Shown piece after piece: positions 15,166 to 29,391 of a stretch of DNA of 64,000 nucleotides. This DNA comes from Chrysomallon squamiferum. Taxonomy: Eukaryota; Animalia; Mollusca. The stretch spans positions 16,430,001 through 16,494,000 of the forward strand of contig CM022665.1 in the NCBI GenBank assembly GCA_012295275.1, written 5' to 3'. A program made the position numbers and the translations under genes. Under the pieces are notes generated by a model. The model ran no database searches. It worked only from the letters and a program-made list of their open reading frames with translations, and had not been told where the DNA came from. Numbering within the stretch: the stretch's first letter is position 1; the number at the start of each line of letters is the position of its first letter.

Positions 15166-16440
15166 GTATATGTCTAAGTTAATATAAATTTGAATATAGG
15201 TATATGGTATATTGTGTGGACATTCAGTTGTTTGTATATGCATCTATCTAACTTTAACCATGTAAATATTTTAGATAATCTTTCTGTGAATGTTTAACAT
15301 ATCTTACTGTTTAATTTTACACTTGTTAGATTATTACTATTTTTACAGTTTGTACTAATAACTGATAGAGCAACCTAGTAGTTTTTGTTTTTATAATCCA
15401 TCTGGTCCTGTATTAAACCTTCAGGTACAGAATTTTAAAGTTTACAAATCTGACAAATAAGACTAACATTAGCACAGTTTTGTTTACATTGTATCCTTAT
15501 GCATTTTAAATATTTATACTTAAAAAAAAAGAAAAGAAAACTAGAAATAGCTTCATGTGTTAGGTTTTTTTTTTTTTTTCCTTTTTTTTTTTTTTTTTTT
15601 TGTTGTTGTTTTCTACAATTTTTTTGTAAATACCAGTTTTTAACTTTACAATATATGGGTATGTACCTTTATTTGGTACATTTCTCCCCCCTACAACATT
15701 TAGTTTTTGTTATTGTCCTTTTTTCATTTTTAAACCTAATCAAATATTCAAATATTTTGTCTATTTTTAAAACCTTGCCTCACACATTTATATTCCATAA
15801 AAATTAAATAAACATATAATTTGTTTTTTCTTTTTCCAGTATTTTCTTTAGTTTGAAATTTTCATTCACAGACCAAGATTTAGATATTTTGTTTCCTTGT
15901 TTTTAAATACACATGATCACATATACACACACTTAAACAGTAAATTATATTAACTGAAACAAGTTAAGTAGAATAATGATGGGGGGGTTTGTATGATTTT
16001 TGTTCATTAGTTTGACATTTTCTTTATCAGAGTCTTAAATTACATATTCATATTTACAAAAATAAATTAAATAGTAGAGTAATGTGATAATAGTGTGGAA
16101 GGTTCTTGCAGTATTCTTTTTCAGCACTGGTTTTGTGTTTTTAAACTTTATTAAAGATATTTGAGATGGTGTATTTTTTTCTTCTTTTTTTTTCTTATTT
16201 ATTTATTTATTTATTTACTCTTTTTTGTTGTTGTTGTTGTTGTTGTTTTTCTTTCTTTCAACATCCTTCATAGTCTTCATTTGTTTTCTTTTTAAAACTA
16301 AAAAAAAAAAAACCTTCTATTGTTGTTTTTGGTTTTCTCTGCTCCAGTAAACAAAATAAAAAGGTCAGTGTTTTATACAAATACTTGGTCTACAGTGAAC
16401 CTCATCTTTTTTATCAGTGACCTATGTCTTCGTTTTGTAG

Positions 16441-16639
16441 GTGTCTGAACTAAATGGTCCATTTTTGTGTTGTTATATCACCATTCCAATCGAAACAGTG
16501 TGAAATGTAACACAAGTGGCTCATTTTTCTAACCTTATACAAAAAGGTCATGTAAGCTTTTTTGTTGAAATAGCCATTACTGGGGTGAACACTGACCCAG
16601 TACCTGTATGTACACAAGTAATTTAATGCATGGTCAGTG
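16441..16639 (+). other. Probable non-coding 5'-UTR exon of DAAM
   Basis: Pyrimidine-rich acceptor ...gtcttcgttttgtag ending 16440 and strong donor GTG|GTAAGT after 16639; more GC-rich than its flanks; only short uORFs. Confidence 0.5.
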
Positions 16640-19600
16640 GTAAGTACAGTTTGTTTTTTACTTGTATAATATACATACTTAGTATTTCATTAGCTTATTT
16701 AAAATTAATTTTCTACTAATTTTTAACAGTTTTAGGTATATATGTATAAAATTAAAACAAATATATAAATTAATTAAAATGAAAATAAATAATAGTTTTG
16801 CTCTTAGCATTAATTTTGGTGTTTCATTTTCTTTTCTGTTTTTTTTTATGTTTTTTTTTCTTCTGTTTTTTAACTTTAAAAGTACAGTTTTCTAATTAAT
16901 ATACTAATGGTAATGATACATCTTGTATATGTTAGTAACTGGAATTTTTAATTTATTATTTATTTATTTATTTATTTTACTCATTTTTTTCCATTTTTTT
17001 ATTTTTTATTTTTTATTTTTTTAGTCTAATGGGTATTATAAAAACAATTTATTTCGATGATTTGGTGCTCAAGCATAACTAAAAACTGTTAGTTATTGGG
17101 ATACAGTTATTTTAATTATACACATACATTATAATCACAATCTTAACATTTTTACAACACTGATAATAAAATACAATTACTATTTTTTTAAATAATTAAT
17201 CTTTCTGTTAGGACACAAAACATTTAAATTAAAACAATATCTTTATTGAGGCTTTTTTAAGATCAACAAAGAACAGATTTTAAAATTAAAACTATAGATT
17301 CATTGTTTACAGTGAACAAAACCAAAGTGTTATCATATTTAATATTTGCCTTCATTTTTATGATGTTAAAAACACTGATGGACAAACATGTGTATAAATA
17401 ACTTTGTTTTTACCTGTCGTTTACTTGTGAAATTATGATTGTCATGTGTCAGTTATTAACAGGTATTTGAAATAAATGGTGTGTATGTGTTTATCTCTTT
17501 AACAATCACACATCTGTCATGCTACATCAAACAAATTCATGTCACTGACATCTTTTTGTCTCTTCCATCAAAATCTTAGAAAAAATAGTTTAGGTGTGGT
17601 TTTTTAATGACAATGTGGGTTATGATAATAATGAAGGGATAATGTTATCATCACTGTGTTTACTTGTAAACAGTATACAATACAAAATGTATACCTAATT
17701 TATAAAGGAACTGTTGATGTCCACTGCCCTACTGGAAATAGTATATGATATGATTGTGTAATTTGAGAGTCTGATACTACCTCTGTATTGTCTTGACTGC
17801 TATGTAATATATTTATTACTACCTGACTAAGCAAAGATCCATACTGGGAATTGTTTGCACCAGATGTTTTTGCACTGACCATCATTATCATCATGTGATA
17901 ACTATTTGGTCTGTTCTGATTATTTTTTTATTTTTTTTGATTTTTGTTTTTCTTAAAATTATTTAATTAATGTAAGGTCCATTTCACTGGATATTTTGTG
18001 AATTCTATATATGTATTGATCAGGCAATTAGTATGAAAAAATCAACTGTTTCCACTCTACATATTATTGTTAAGAAATAGCAGCAACAAGTCTTACATGA
18101 ATCTTTACATAGGCAGGAAAATACATATCAGAATCTTTGGTACATCAGTAATGAGGGATTTATTGAATTACTATGTACAGAAAAAGATTATAGGATATTT
18201 GTACATAATTATTCCATTTATTTTAAACCAATAATTTGATTATGATACTATTGAATAAACTCAAAAGTGATTAACAAAATATTTGTGAACAAGGAAAACA
18301 GTAATCAGAACTTTATAAAGATACAAGCCTGATAATCACAGTAAACCTGACCGGTGTGTTTATACCATACTACTTCAATGGCTAATGCCTCTTAATATCT
18401 GGATAACAAAAGACAGAAATCAATGGATGACCAGTGTAGTGGACAATAAAAAAAAAATCCATCTGTCAGTTTGTGATATTTTAATAGTGTGTTTACTAAA
18501 GTGGAAGTCATGGGCAGAGCCTTTAAGAGCCCTCAGTTCTACTTCACTGAATTCAAGATGGTCCTTTCTATTTGTCCTCCAGCCATTTCCATTAAAGCTA
18601 TGTTTCTTTAGCCTGATCTGGTTTACATCAGTGTGAATTAATATCAGTTCAGTCATATTAAACATGTATTATAAATGCGTAATAGATTTTTGTGGATAAG
18701 TGCATTCCTGTATCAGGTAATTCATAATTTACATTTTAACTTAATGTTAATATTAATAATAATATGAATAAAAGAGAAGCAGTTAAAGGTAAGTATGAAA
18801 TAGGATAGAAAAAACAAAGAAAGGTTAGATAAAACTGACGGAACATAAAAGAAAGGAGCAGAAAGGTGGGTAAAAGCAAGAGATTATTGAGATAGGTTGG
18901 AAGTAGATAACATTCAAACATCCACATTCACCTGCATAAATTATGTAAATCTATTTACTTTTTTTACTCTTTTTCTTCATAACTCATACAAATTAGAATT
19001 AGTGTTCTTTCTGTTTTATATTCACATTTCCTGGGTTCTTTTTATTTTTTTATTTTTTTTTTATTCACTTTTATATAAACTTCAGTAAAGAAGTTATTTT
19101 AATTTAAATATGTCCTATGCTAATTGATAATAATGTGAATGTGTCTGTGTGTTTGTGTCAAAATACACCTAACATAAACCAATCATTTATCTTATTACAT
19201 ACTGACATCAACATAATCTAAATAATACCAACAAATTGGCAAGGTTTATTTGTTTTCATATATACACACATACCAGAATGCTAATGACATCAATGAACTT
19301 TTCTCCACTTTCCTTACATGCCTATTAAGCAAGAATATTACTGGATATTACAGAATGAGTTAATATACCAAGGACATACTACAACCAGACCATGTCAATT
19401 AAATTACTTTAATCATGATAAATGAGTTAATATGGAAACTCCTATTAATATATCACTGTTAAGGTTCAGTTGTAATATGCCTATTAATATACAAGTTGCA
19501 TCAGCTCTAGCATGACCAACAGTTACAGTATAAAAGTTATATTTGTGCTCTTTTACAAAATATTTCTACAAATGTTTCAAGCACACATTATACCAAACTA

Positions 19601-20437
19601 TCTGATTAATTGGAGAATGTGAATCTTAATGAAAACTTATTAACTTTTTTTTTTTTTTTTTTTTTTTTTAAAGTGATAATAATAATTAATAAATTAAAAC
19701 ATTAAAAATGGAAGCAGTATTCAACCAAACTAAACAAACCACTATATACCATTAATTCTAACAGAACTATTTGCCTTTGTCTGATATAAGGTACCAGGCT
19801 ATATTATAATAATTAATATTTTAATATATAATATTATAGGTGTGTTTCATATTTGTTTTTTATATCTTAATTATATATCCCACAAGTGTATATATATATA
19901 TACAAGTATATTGTTTATTTTAGTTTTGGTCATATTGGTGTTTTTTATATTTCTCTGCTGCATACATGGAATCATTTTCACTTTTTCATTCATTTGTTTC
20001 TCTTTTTTTGTTTTTTCTTTGTATGTGTCTCTGCTCTGTTTAGTACTTCATTTTAATGTCTCATTTTTCATAAACTGATCTCAGATATGATTAGACATGT
20101 CTGATGCCAACATTAAAGTTGATATTGATGGAATTAATGTATTATCAAAACACTGAACTTCTGAAATAATTGGAATGTTTTGGGTTTTTTTTGTTTCTAT
20201 TTGTTTGTTGTTGTTGTGTTTGTTTGTTTTTTAATTTTTACATTGCTTATGCTTTATGCTTTGTTTTTTGTATTATTATTTTCATATTAGTTTTCTACCA
20301 TTCTGTTTTGTCTATTTTTGATTGTTATTATCTCTTTGTTTAGCTTCATAATTTTTTATTAAATTTATTATTCTATTTTATCTTTGTTCTCCTTGCAGTT
20401 CCAATGTAGAAAGTGAAGAGGATTAAAACTAAGTACA

Positions 20438-23400
20438 ATGCTTGGCCGGCATGGTATATGCTGGTGTCTGGGGGGCAGTCGACCCCCAGAAATTAAGTGT
20501 GTGGACTATAATAACCCACCAAAACCAATTGCACTGGACATACCTATGCCTTCTGATGAAACAGAACTAAATGCAAAATTTGAAGAGTTAGTGGTGAGAA
20601 ATTTTAACTATTTTATAACATCTCTCTGTGTGCTGTTCATTTGTCATGCAATTCTTGTTTATTAAAGTTATTTTATTACAATATTTTTATAAAACATTTC
20701 TTTTTCCTTATAAAAATGAAAATCTTTAGCAGTCTATATATATATATCAAAAAGAAATTTGATACAGCCTTTGAAAAATCAATGTTCAGGCTTTCATCCC
20801 TGATGTCTCTCAGTTCTCAAAATCTGCTACATAACTGATCAGGGAAAGGACAGGTTTTTTTTTTTTTGGCACTTTTATAGTTCAGGAAAAATAAAGAATA
20901 AAAAATTAATTCATATTAATTTGCTTTCTTTCCATCTCTAGAAACAAATAAAAACCAGATAATCCAGCGACAGTCTCTGATATACATTTATTTAAGTATG
21001 TAACAGTATACCAATTCATTAATACAGAGAGAATCCATTCTGACATAAATTTTGATTACTAAATATACTCAAGAGATTAATGTTCTGTTCAATTTTATTG
21101 ACATATTGACTTTTTAACTCACTTACTGCTCAAAACTCAAGAATCCAGAATTGCACCATTTTCAAGTGGCACTAAAAGGCAGCAGTATTGATTTTGTTCT
21201 AATTTATTTTCTTGAGCTTAAAACTGTCTTTTCATGTGTCTGATACACATCAGCTGAAAGTAATCATGTTACTTCTTTCTTTTTTTTGGTACATTTTGTT
21301 TCTAGATATTCAGTACATAATGCTGTTATCAGAGTAACTCTTTATACCAGATTTGTTTCACATGAATACATTTAACTATCACTATCTTCATCTGTATATT
21401 TCTGTATCCAGTTAACAAATCATTATAACAAAAAATAACCATTAAATAAATAAATAAATATTTATTAAAAATAAAATAATTACAATTATTATTATAAGGA
21501 AAATATTTTTAATTTTGTAAAAATAATGTATAAAGACAGATTCAAGATCAAATCATGAAAGTTCTTTGTTTATAAAATTAAAAATATTTTGCCATATTTT
21601 GTTTTTAATTTATTTATTTTTGTGGGTTTTTTTAACTTGCAGTGAATTTGATTTTTAATTTTTGATTTTTTTCCCCCTCTTCCATTAAATTATCTTGTAT
21701 TTAAAATTATTACTGTTATATGTATAATTATGGGCTTCAGATTTACAGTTTATGTCAATGAAGGCAGGTATCAATAAATATTTATATGACAGTTATTATC
21801 ACCAAATAAAAATTACTAACAAAAAAACAGATTATTTTGTAATCATGACTTTCTTACAGGTTGTTAAATTCACATCTTTATTATGTCATATTTGAATGCA
21901 ATGACCACTACACATCAAAACATCATGAACAGACATTCAACAAACTGTAAATACTTTGTTCAGTGTATTTTCTTAAGCTTAATATGAAGTACAATGGGAG
22001 AAATTGTTTATTAAAGAAGGAAATTACTGTATTGTTATCAGCTTTATATGAATGTACAATGATATAAACTGTAATTGTTATAGGAGGTAATTTTCTGTGT
22101 ATATTTTAAGACTACAGTGAGTTGGTTTGTTTTTACAGGTTGAACTGGATCTTGATAAACAACACAGGGATGCTCTGTACAGTCTGCCCCCTGAGAAAAA
22201 ATGGCAGATCTACTGCAGTAAGAAAAGGGTAAGATGACTTTTTTACATGTACATATATACACATTATGTAATTGTTGTTTTAAAAATACACAGCAATACA
22301 ATTAGTAACAAGATAATCATAAATAAATAAATAAATTAAAACAAAAAATAAAAAGTAATTTTATAATAAAATAATGTTACTATTTTTTCTCTTTTTTTTA
22401 AATTTATTTATTATTATTATTATCTTTTTTCTGCTTCATTTTTTTTTTTTTCTTCTTTTTTAAACAAGTATAAAAGTTCATTTTGACATTCCATTTTAGT
22501 TCAACATCCAGTCACTCAATATTAATTCTTCAGTATCAGATTCTCAGTACTGATAAATTCTCCTATATGTCCTACCATTTTTCTGGACATTTATCCATCC
22601 ACATATTCATTCATCCAGTATTCATCAGTTACACATTTAAATTTGAGACTAGCTTAAATCAACTTTACATGAGTAACATCTCTTCTGTTACAATAGCCTT
22701 GTCATGGTAGATGTCCAGTGTTTTTACTATTATTTTCTCTGTTTTCTACAGTCATTATTTAAATATCATTAAATAGCCACTGACATACTTAACCCATCCC
22801 ATTATACTACAATGAAAGATAAAATAGAATCACAAGGCATTTTTGTATGTTTTATAGAAGTTGGCTATGTAGCTCAGTGGCTCAGGAATGCTAGCTGGCA
22901 TGATCCTGTCCTTATTTTTGCATCTTGACTATTTTCTTGTCCAGGTCTCTTGTATGACTGTATTATCAAAGATATGTGATTTATGATCTATGGGAAGTTT
23001 CTTTCTGCTAATTTTTGTTGTGTGTAGTAGAGGACTGTTCTCATAGAAATAATGAATATGCTGAAGAAGATTAATTTGTACTGAATCCCTCATACTTCAT
23101 ATCTGAATGCTAACCACTGAACAACTGCTTACTCCCTGTTACATATACACCAGTTCTGTATATCTGGTGAAGAATGGAGACAGTGACTACTGCTGTTTAA
23201 CTGACAAGCATGGTGATTTTATGTCTATGGGTCTTTACCATATTATTATCACCTCACATTAGCAGTCGTGATGTATCAGATAACTGTAAGAAGGCACGGC
23301 CAAATTACATGATGATAGCTTTAGCCTTGGTAAAATCAATTACATTGAATAAAGATTGATAATACATCAGCTTCTAGGATTGTGTAAGTTTTCAGGATTG

Positions 23401-26400
23401 CTGACATTTTGGGGATTACTAGCTTAGATTATTGATTGACAACTAGCTTAACTTTTATACGTTTAATATTTAAAAGTATATAGTTTAAATGGATTATTAA
23501 AATAATTTCTTTTTTTGTGTTTATTCCTAAATCAAAACACACAGACATTTTTATTAGATATGTTTATAACTGAATAATATATAACAATATTTATGTACCT
23601 TTATAAAAATGATGGGTATATATATTATTTTTATTAATAATAGTGAATAAGAAAGGACATCTACTAGCACCACTTTATGAACAATCTTTACTGCAGCAAA
23701 ATATATTTTACATGCATTTTTTTTATAAAAAGGATTTACATGTACCTTTCTCTAGGCAGGAAAGCACATGACAGTTGTGGATCTCTTGTTGGAACATGAA
23801 ATAATGTAGCTAGTACAAAAAGGAGGTCTGAATCTGTGACACATTGTGCTTTCAACCTATACTCTAACTGCACATAGCCCATTATGGATAGTTATGATTA
23901 TTCATACTCATATAAAAGTGACAATTAAAAAATATATCTTGATGTAGGTTTTCCAAAATTTTGATTTTCTAACAAGATCCAAAAAATATTATTTTACATC
24001 ACCATAACAGAGTGGCTTTTGTTGCCACCAGCAGACAAAATATTGTGAAATGTTCAGTGTTGGCAATCAAAGTGATTTAAATAAATATCTGAAGGATTAT
24101 GAATAGAGAAGCTGAAAATGTGTAAATTTTATTAAAGGTACAATTAATAATTTCAATTAGGCTTTGTAAAATAAATAGCTAAATGTGTGCTGATTTAAAT
24201 AGTATTATTTTCTTCCTGCAGGAATACTGACAAACTGTGGTGAAATTAATTCCACTGACATAGCCTTTGGTCATTCAACCAAATTATACTTTTTATAAAT
24301 ATTTTGAAACATGTTATTTCTTTTGCTAGTCAATATTTTAACAATATCCTCAAGATTTTTCTTTTTATTGATTTTAACCATTAAAAGAACTACTACAACA
24401 ATACCTTTTTATTAAAATGTGCATTTGTTATTGCAATAGCAAATGTTATTTCTATGATAATGGCAGAGATTTTCATGCATAAAACACAGACATTAATAGA
24501 TGATCTTGACCTAGTCTTTTCTGATTTTCCTTTGGTGTGACAAGTATTGTGGAATCGATAAAAGTAATGATGATTTTATTCAGTAGCAGTAAAAGTGCAG
24601 ACATTTATGTTGGTGATGTTTCATTGCATTTTCATTATTATTGTAGGTGTTTACAAAATATTTAAGTCATGCAGTGTTTATATATAAAGTATCACAAATA
24701 AAATGTCAAAATATTAACTTTTATTGTACATTGTACTTATTTGGAGAGCATATTTCAAGGTCATATGGGTTTTGTATCTTGGGTAAAACCTATTTGTAAT
24801 ATTGGTGTTTTATTTTACATAGGGCTTGTGTAGGTAAAACTTTTAGTATTTTGTGTCAATGAGTGCAGCATGTTTAAAAATAACAGTTTATTGTATAACT
24901 GCATCTAATTCAGTAGATTTGCTGGTTTACTAAATACATTAACTTGTTTAATTATGTCTAAACAGATGCAGATTCCTTACTTAAAGAAAAGTTGGCACCA
25001 TTATTGTCATGGATTTAACTGTCAAGATGAGATAAAAGAGACTGAAATAATGGAATTGTCACTAGTCTTATAGATATTATCAAAATAATAGGTCCATAAA
25101 AAAATTAATCTGAATCAGTTTCACCACTTTGAAGGCCTTTTCTTTTTTAAAACAACATACTTTCAGTGTAAAATATAGACTTAACTAAGCAACATTATAA
25201 AAAGGATTCTGAAGAGAGGAGAATTGTTCATTTATAATAATAATTATTGTTATTAATATTATTTATTTATTATTATTATTTTAAATGTTCTAATTTGAAG
25301 TCAAAATTATAAATCAAAATATCAATTCAACATGCAGACAAGACAGCAAAATAAATATTGTTGTTTTATTTTTAACTAATTATAGTAGATTAATTTGTTA
25401 ATTTGTGACATGAGACAAGAGATAATCAAACTTGTATTTTAGCTAGTCACCTTGTGTCTGAATATGCTAACATCAATTATTTAAAAGTTAAAACCTTGGC
25501 TCATTCTCAGTGCAAGTAAACTTAGTCTACCTGGCTTCTGTAACCTGCACTAGCTTCAAATAAAATGTGCCTGGCTAGGAAATCCTGGTCATGCCATTTT
25601 GATGAAATGAACAAATGAAAATTTAAGGTATCTCAGCACATTTTAATCTTTAAATTAACAGTAATTAAGAATAACATATAAGATTGTTTATGCAGTGACA
25701 TTATGAGAAAGGAAACTGCCTTCCTATAGTCTATTCACATTGGTTAGCAGTCACAGAGCACAGATTTTGTATAGAAATTAATAATCTTATATCTGTATAC
25801 TTAATGTACTTGCATATGTCATATACATTATAATTATAATAGTTGTTTTTGTTCTTGTGTGTTTTTTGTTTTTGTTTTCATTCTTTGTTTTGGGGTTTTT
25901 ATTAATTATTATTTTTTAAATATATTTTTTACAATTCAGTTTCAAATGTAGAAAAATATCACCAGGTTTTGTCAGGAAAATAAGATATTTTATCACAGAA
26001 AAAAGTTCTAATGCCTGATACTTGCCTGCTGCTAAGCACACAGCTGAAATTGTCTTTTATTGGCCTGTATATGTTTATTCCTGCTGAGAAGTTCTTTAGT
26101 ACCTGTATATGGGCATTATGTGGTAATATCACACATGACTCACTGAGTGCATGATTGACTATGTTACTATTAATGGTTTATTGATTAATGGTGTTTTTAT
26201 TTTGTCTTAGTCATTTAAAAAATGACCCATGTGCCTTTTAACATGTAAAAGGTGTTGATTTTGTATGTTAAGCGTAAAATGTTTTGCACTTAGTTTTAAT
26301 CTTCATCAATCAGTACACTATAAATGAAAGAAAAAAATTATCCATTTAAAAAAAAAAAAAACAATGTTTGTTTTCTTAAAATCACTTAGTAAATTGTAAA

Positions 26401-29334
26401 AAAATTACATTTTGTTGCTAATGTATAAAAAGTGATATTTTCTTAGTAAAATCCAGAAACTGGTAGAATATGTTATTATTTCTGTTACATGTTCCAGAGG
26501 CTGCTGATTTGGTTAAAGTTTACAATTCTTAAACTATCCCGACCCAGCCTCAATTTCATCAAGATTCTTCAAACAAGGTCCACATAATTCTGTTATCAGC
26601 CAATAACAATCTCTGCTGACAACAATATAGCATTATCATTGATTTTACAGACTTTTCTGTCATGTCCTTTCTTCTGCTAGTGGCAGGAGCTGGGTCAAGT
26701 TTGTGTTCCAAGGCCATGTGATGTGGTCAGTGAGTTCTGTAGTGGACAAACTGGTCAAATGAGGAGTAGCCTATGAGTCACCCAAACAGTGTTAATAAAG
26801 AAATCCATTAACACTGTCTGATTTGAGAATGAACAAATATTTGGTTCACAACATCTCTACACATTTATTGTTAATAGTTGGTTAGGTGTGAAGAATATCA
26901 TTTTTATGATGATTATATGAGAAGAAAACTGCTCCATTATATCACAGACTATTTTTAACAGTTAGCAGCAGATGATCCTTTTTTAATGAACCTTTTCATT
27001 GATAGGAAAACACACACTACAGCTTTAGTATGACAGTCATAGGGAAATGACTTGAATGGGAAATGGTATAATAAACGTAGACTTGATCTGCTTAGTTATC
27101 ACACTTCTTATGAGCATTATAATCACTGAGACACAGTTTGACTAACTGAGCAGTGCTGAAATCTCAGTAAAGCTAAGCATTCTGCTGATAAGGAATGTTA
27201 ACCTGTGATCTAAGTACTCTATTGTATTAGTGTTAATGCCTAGAGAATGATTGCAGCTTAGCTAAATGTATATGCAAAGCACTGTAAGAAGCTGGTATAA
27301 CTGTTAATGGATAGTGATTAAGCCAACAGATTACAACTTAGCTACTGTGTAATAACTAGACTGAAACAAGGGATTTATCTTTTACTGACAGTGAAATTGA
27401 CAGTCAATGATATTAATATGTTGATGTTTATGTGACATTTGTATATTAGAAACTTTGTACTACTTAGAAGATTGTTAAGGCTTTAAAACATACATACATG
27501 ATCTTTAAATTGTGTGTTAGACATTAATGCTAATAATGGTTTGTAGAAACATATTTAAGTTATTATTTTAAGAGGTAATGATAAAGAGGTTAAAATGTAT
27601 ATTAAGAATCAATTTTGAGAACTCTAAACAGTTAATGTTGAAAATAAGAAAATAACTTTTATTAAATTAAGTGAACTATTTAATTTAATTAAAAAATATC
27701 TTATTTTACCTTGTATCTCAAACTGAATTATGATGAATTTAATATTGATGTAAAACATTTCTTAGAAAATATCTAAGATTTCATTTCATTTTGTGAAATG
27801 TCATTAACCATCTCTAACAGCAAGAGCTATTAATATATATATATATATATGGTCAGATGAGAGGAATTAAGCTTCTTCCATAACATAGCATTGTATTATT
27901 TTTTTCCTTTATACATATAGTTAAACATGCACCATAGACTATTAAACCATTTTGACTGATCATGCTTCATGCAAGCACACATTTTAACTCCACACTAGAA
28001 CTGAATCTCACAAACAATATTCTGTAGTGTGGGGAAACAAATACAGCTTAATATGAAAGTGCAAACACAAAGTGCAGTTTCATTTTGTAAATGCCACGAA
28101 GATTGCATGTGCTTATATCGGTGAGAATGGCAGAACAAGGTTATCCTACCTGTCAGATAGCAAACATTAGCCAATGAACTAAGAGAAAATTCATTAGTTA
28201 AGTGGCTGGTGTATCATACTAATTGACGAGGATTCTTGTAAGAACACACACAGACTCTTTAAATATCTTCTGTGAGGGCAGCTGCATATAAATATTATTG
28301 TTTTGAAAGAAAAACAGAAGGAAAATGTGCACCAATCTGTATTAATAATCTTTTAATTATTATTTTTGTTATTTTTATTATTATTATTATTAACTTTTGT
28401 TTTAAAGTAAAAGTTTAACAGTTTTAGTGGTAATAGTTAATAAACTGTTAATATGTTAAAAAAGAAAAAAAGAAAAAAAAAGGAGATGAAGAAAGAAATG
28501 AAAACTGAAACAAAAATGCAGAGAGCAAAGAAAAACTTACAAACTGATATAATGCAGGAACTGGTATTCAAATTTTAATTGTTTGTCTTCACTGGTTTGT
28601 TATTTAGTCCAGTTGTAATGCACCAAAGCATTTTACCTCCCATTTTACCTCCAATATTGCTGTTTATGTTTAGGCATGCTTGTCCTGTAATGCTAGTAGC
28701 TGAATAAATCAATGTTACAGCTAGTATGTTAGAAATAGAAAATTGTTGGTTAACAGGTAAGCAAGTTAGAAGATTCGTCAGTGAGGTAGTTTTATAGATT
28801 TCAAATTTCCTTGGTTAACTTTTCATAGGAATTCATATTATGAAATGAACCCAGTATATACCACTTAGTATTCAGCTGACAAAGATTAGTGAGACTTAGT
28901 TGGAAGAGAAATTGCTATAATTTTACATTTCTAATATTGGCTCTGGGAACTTCAGTACTACTGATGGTTCTTCATGAATATTTGCATTCAGGGTTTTACA
29001 TGGACACAGTGGACAAATGCAGTTTTTGAAATCCAAACTGCATATTGATCAGGTTTCATCAGCAGCCTAATGCACTGGATGGATAAGGTAACACCAGGCT
29101 TTCTGCTCATGGTAATTTGATAGAGGCAGTAATGACTATTGGTTGTTCCATGTGGTGCATAGGCATTGTATCTGCTGGATTTAATACATTGGGCAGTGAT
29201 AATAATGTGTATTTGTTATTCTTAACTGTTTAGATGGACCTGTGATGAATACTGGTTTTATTGCACTTTACAGAGAAATATATATTAAGTATAGATCAGT
29301 TTTCTGCATATGTACTGGTGTGTGTTGTGTTCTG

Positions 29335-29391
<57 letters not shown>

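Noticed and set aside
24211-24245. Acceptor/donor pair defining an 18-nt exon in DAAM intron 2
   Set aside because: In-frame TGA and a weak donor; not distinguishable from chance.
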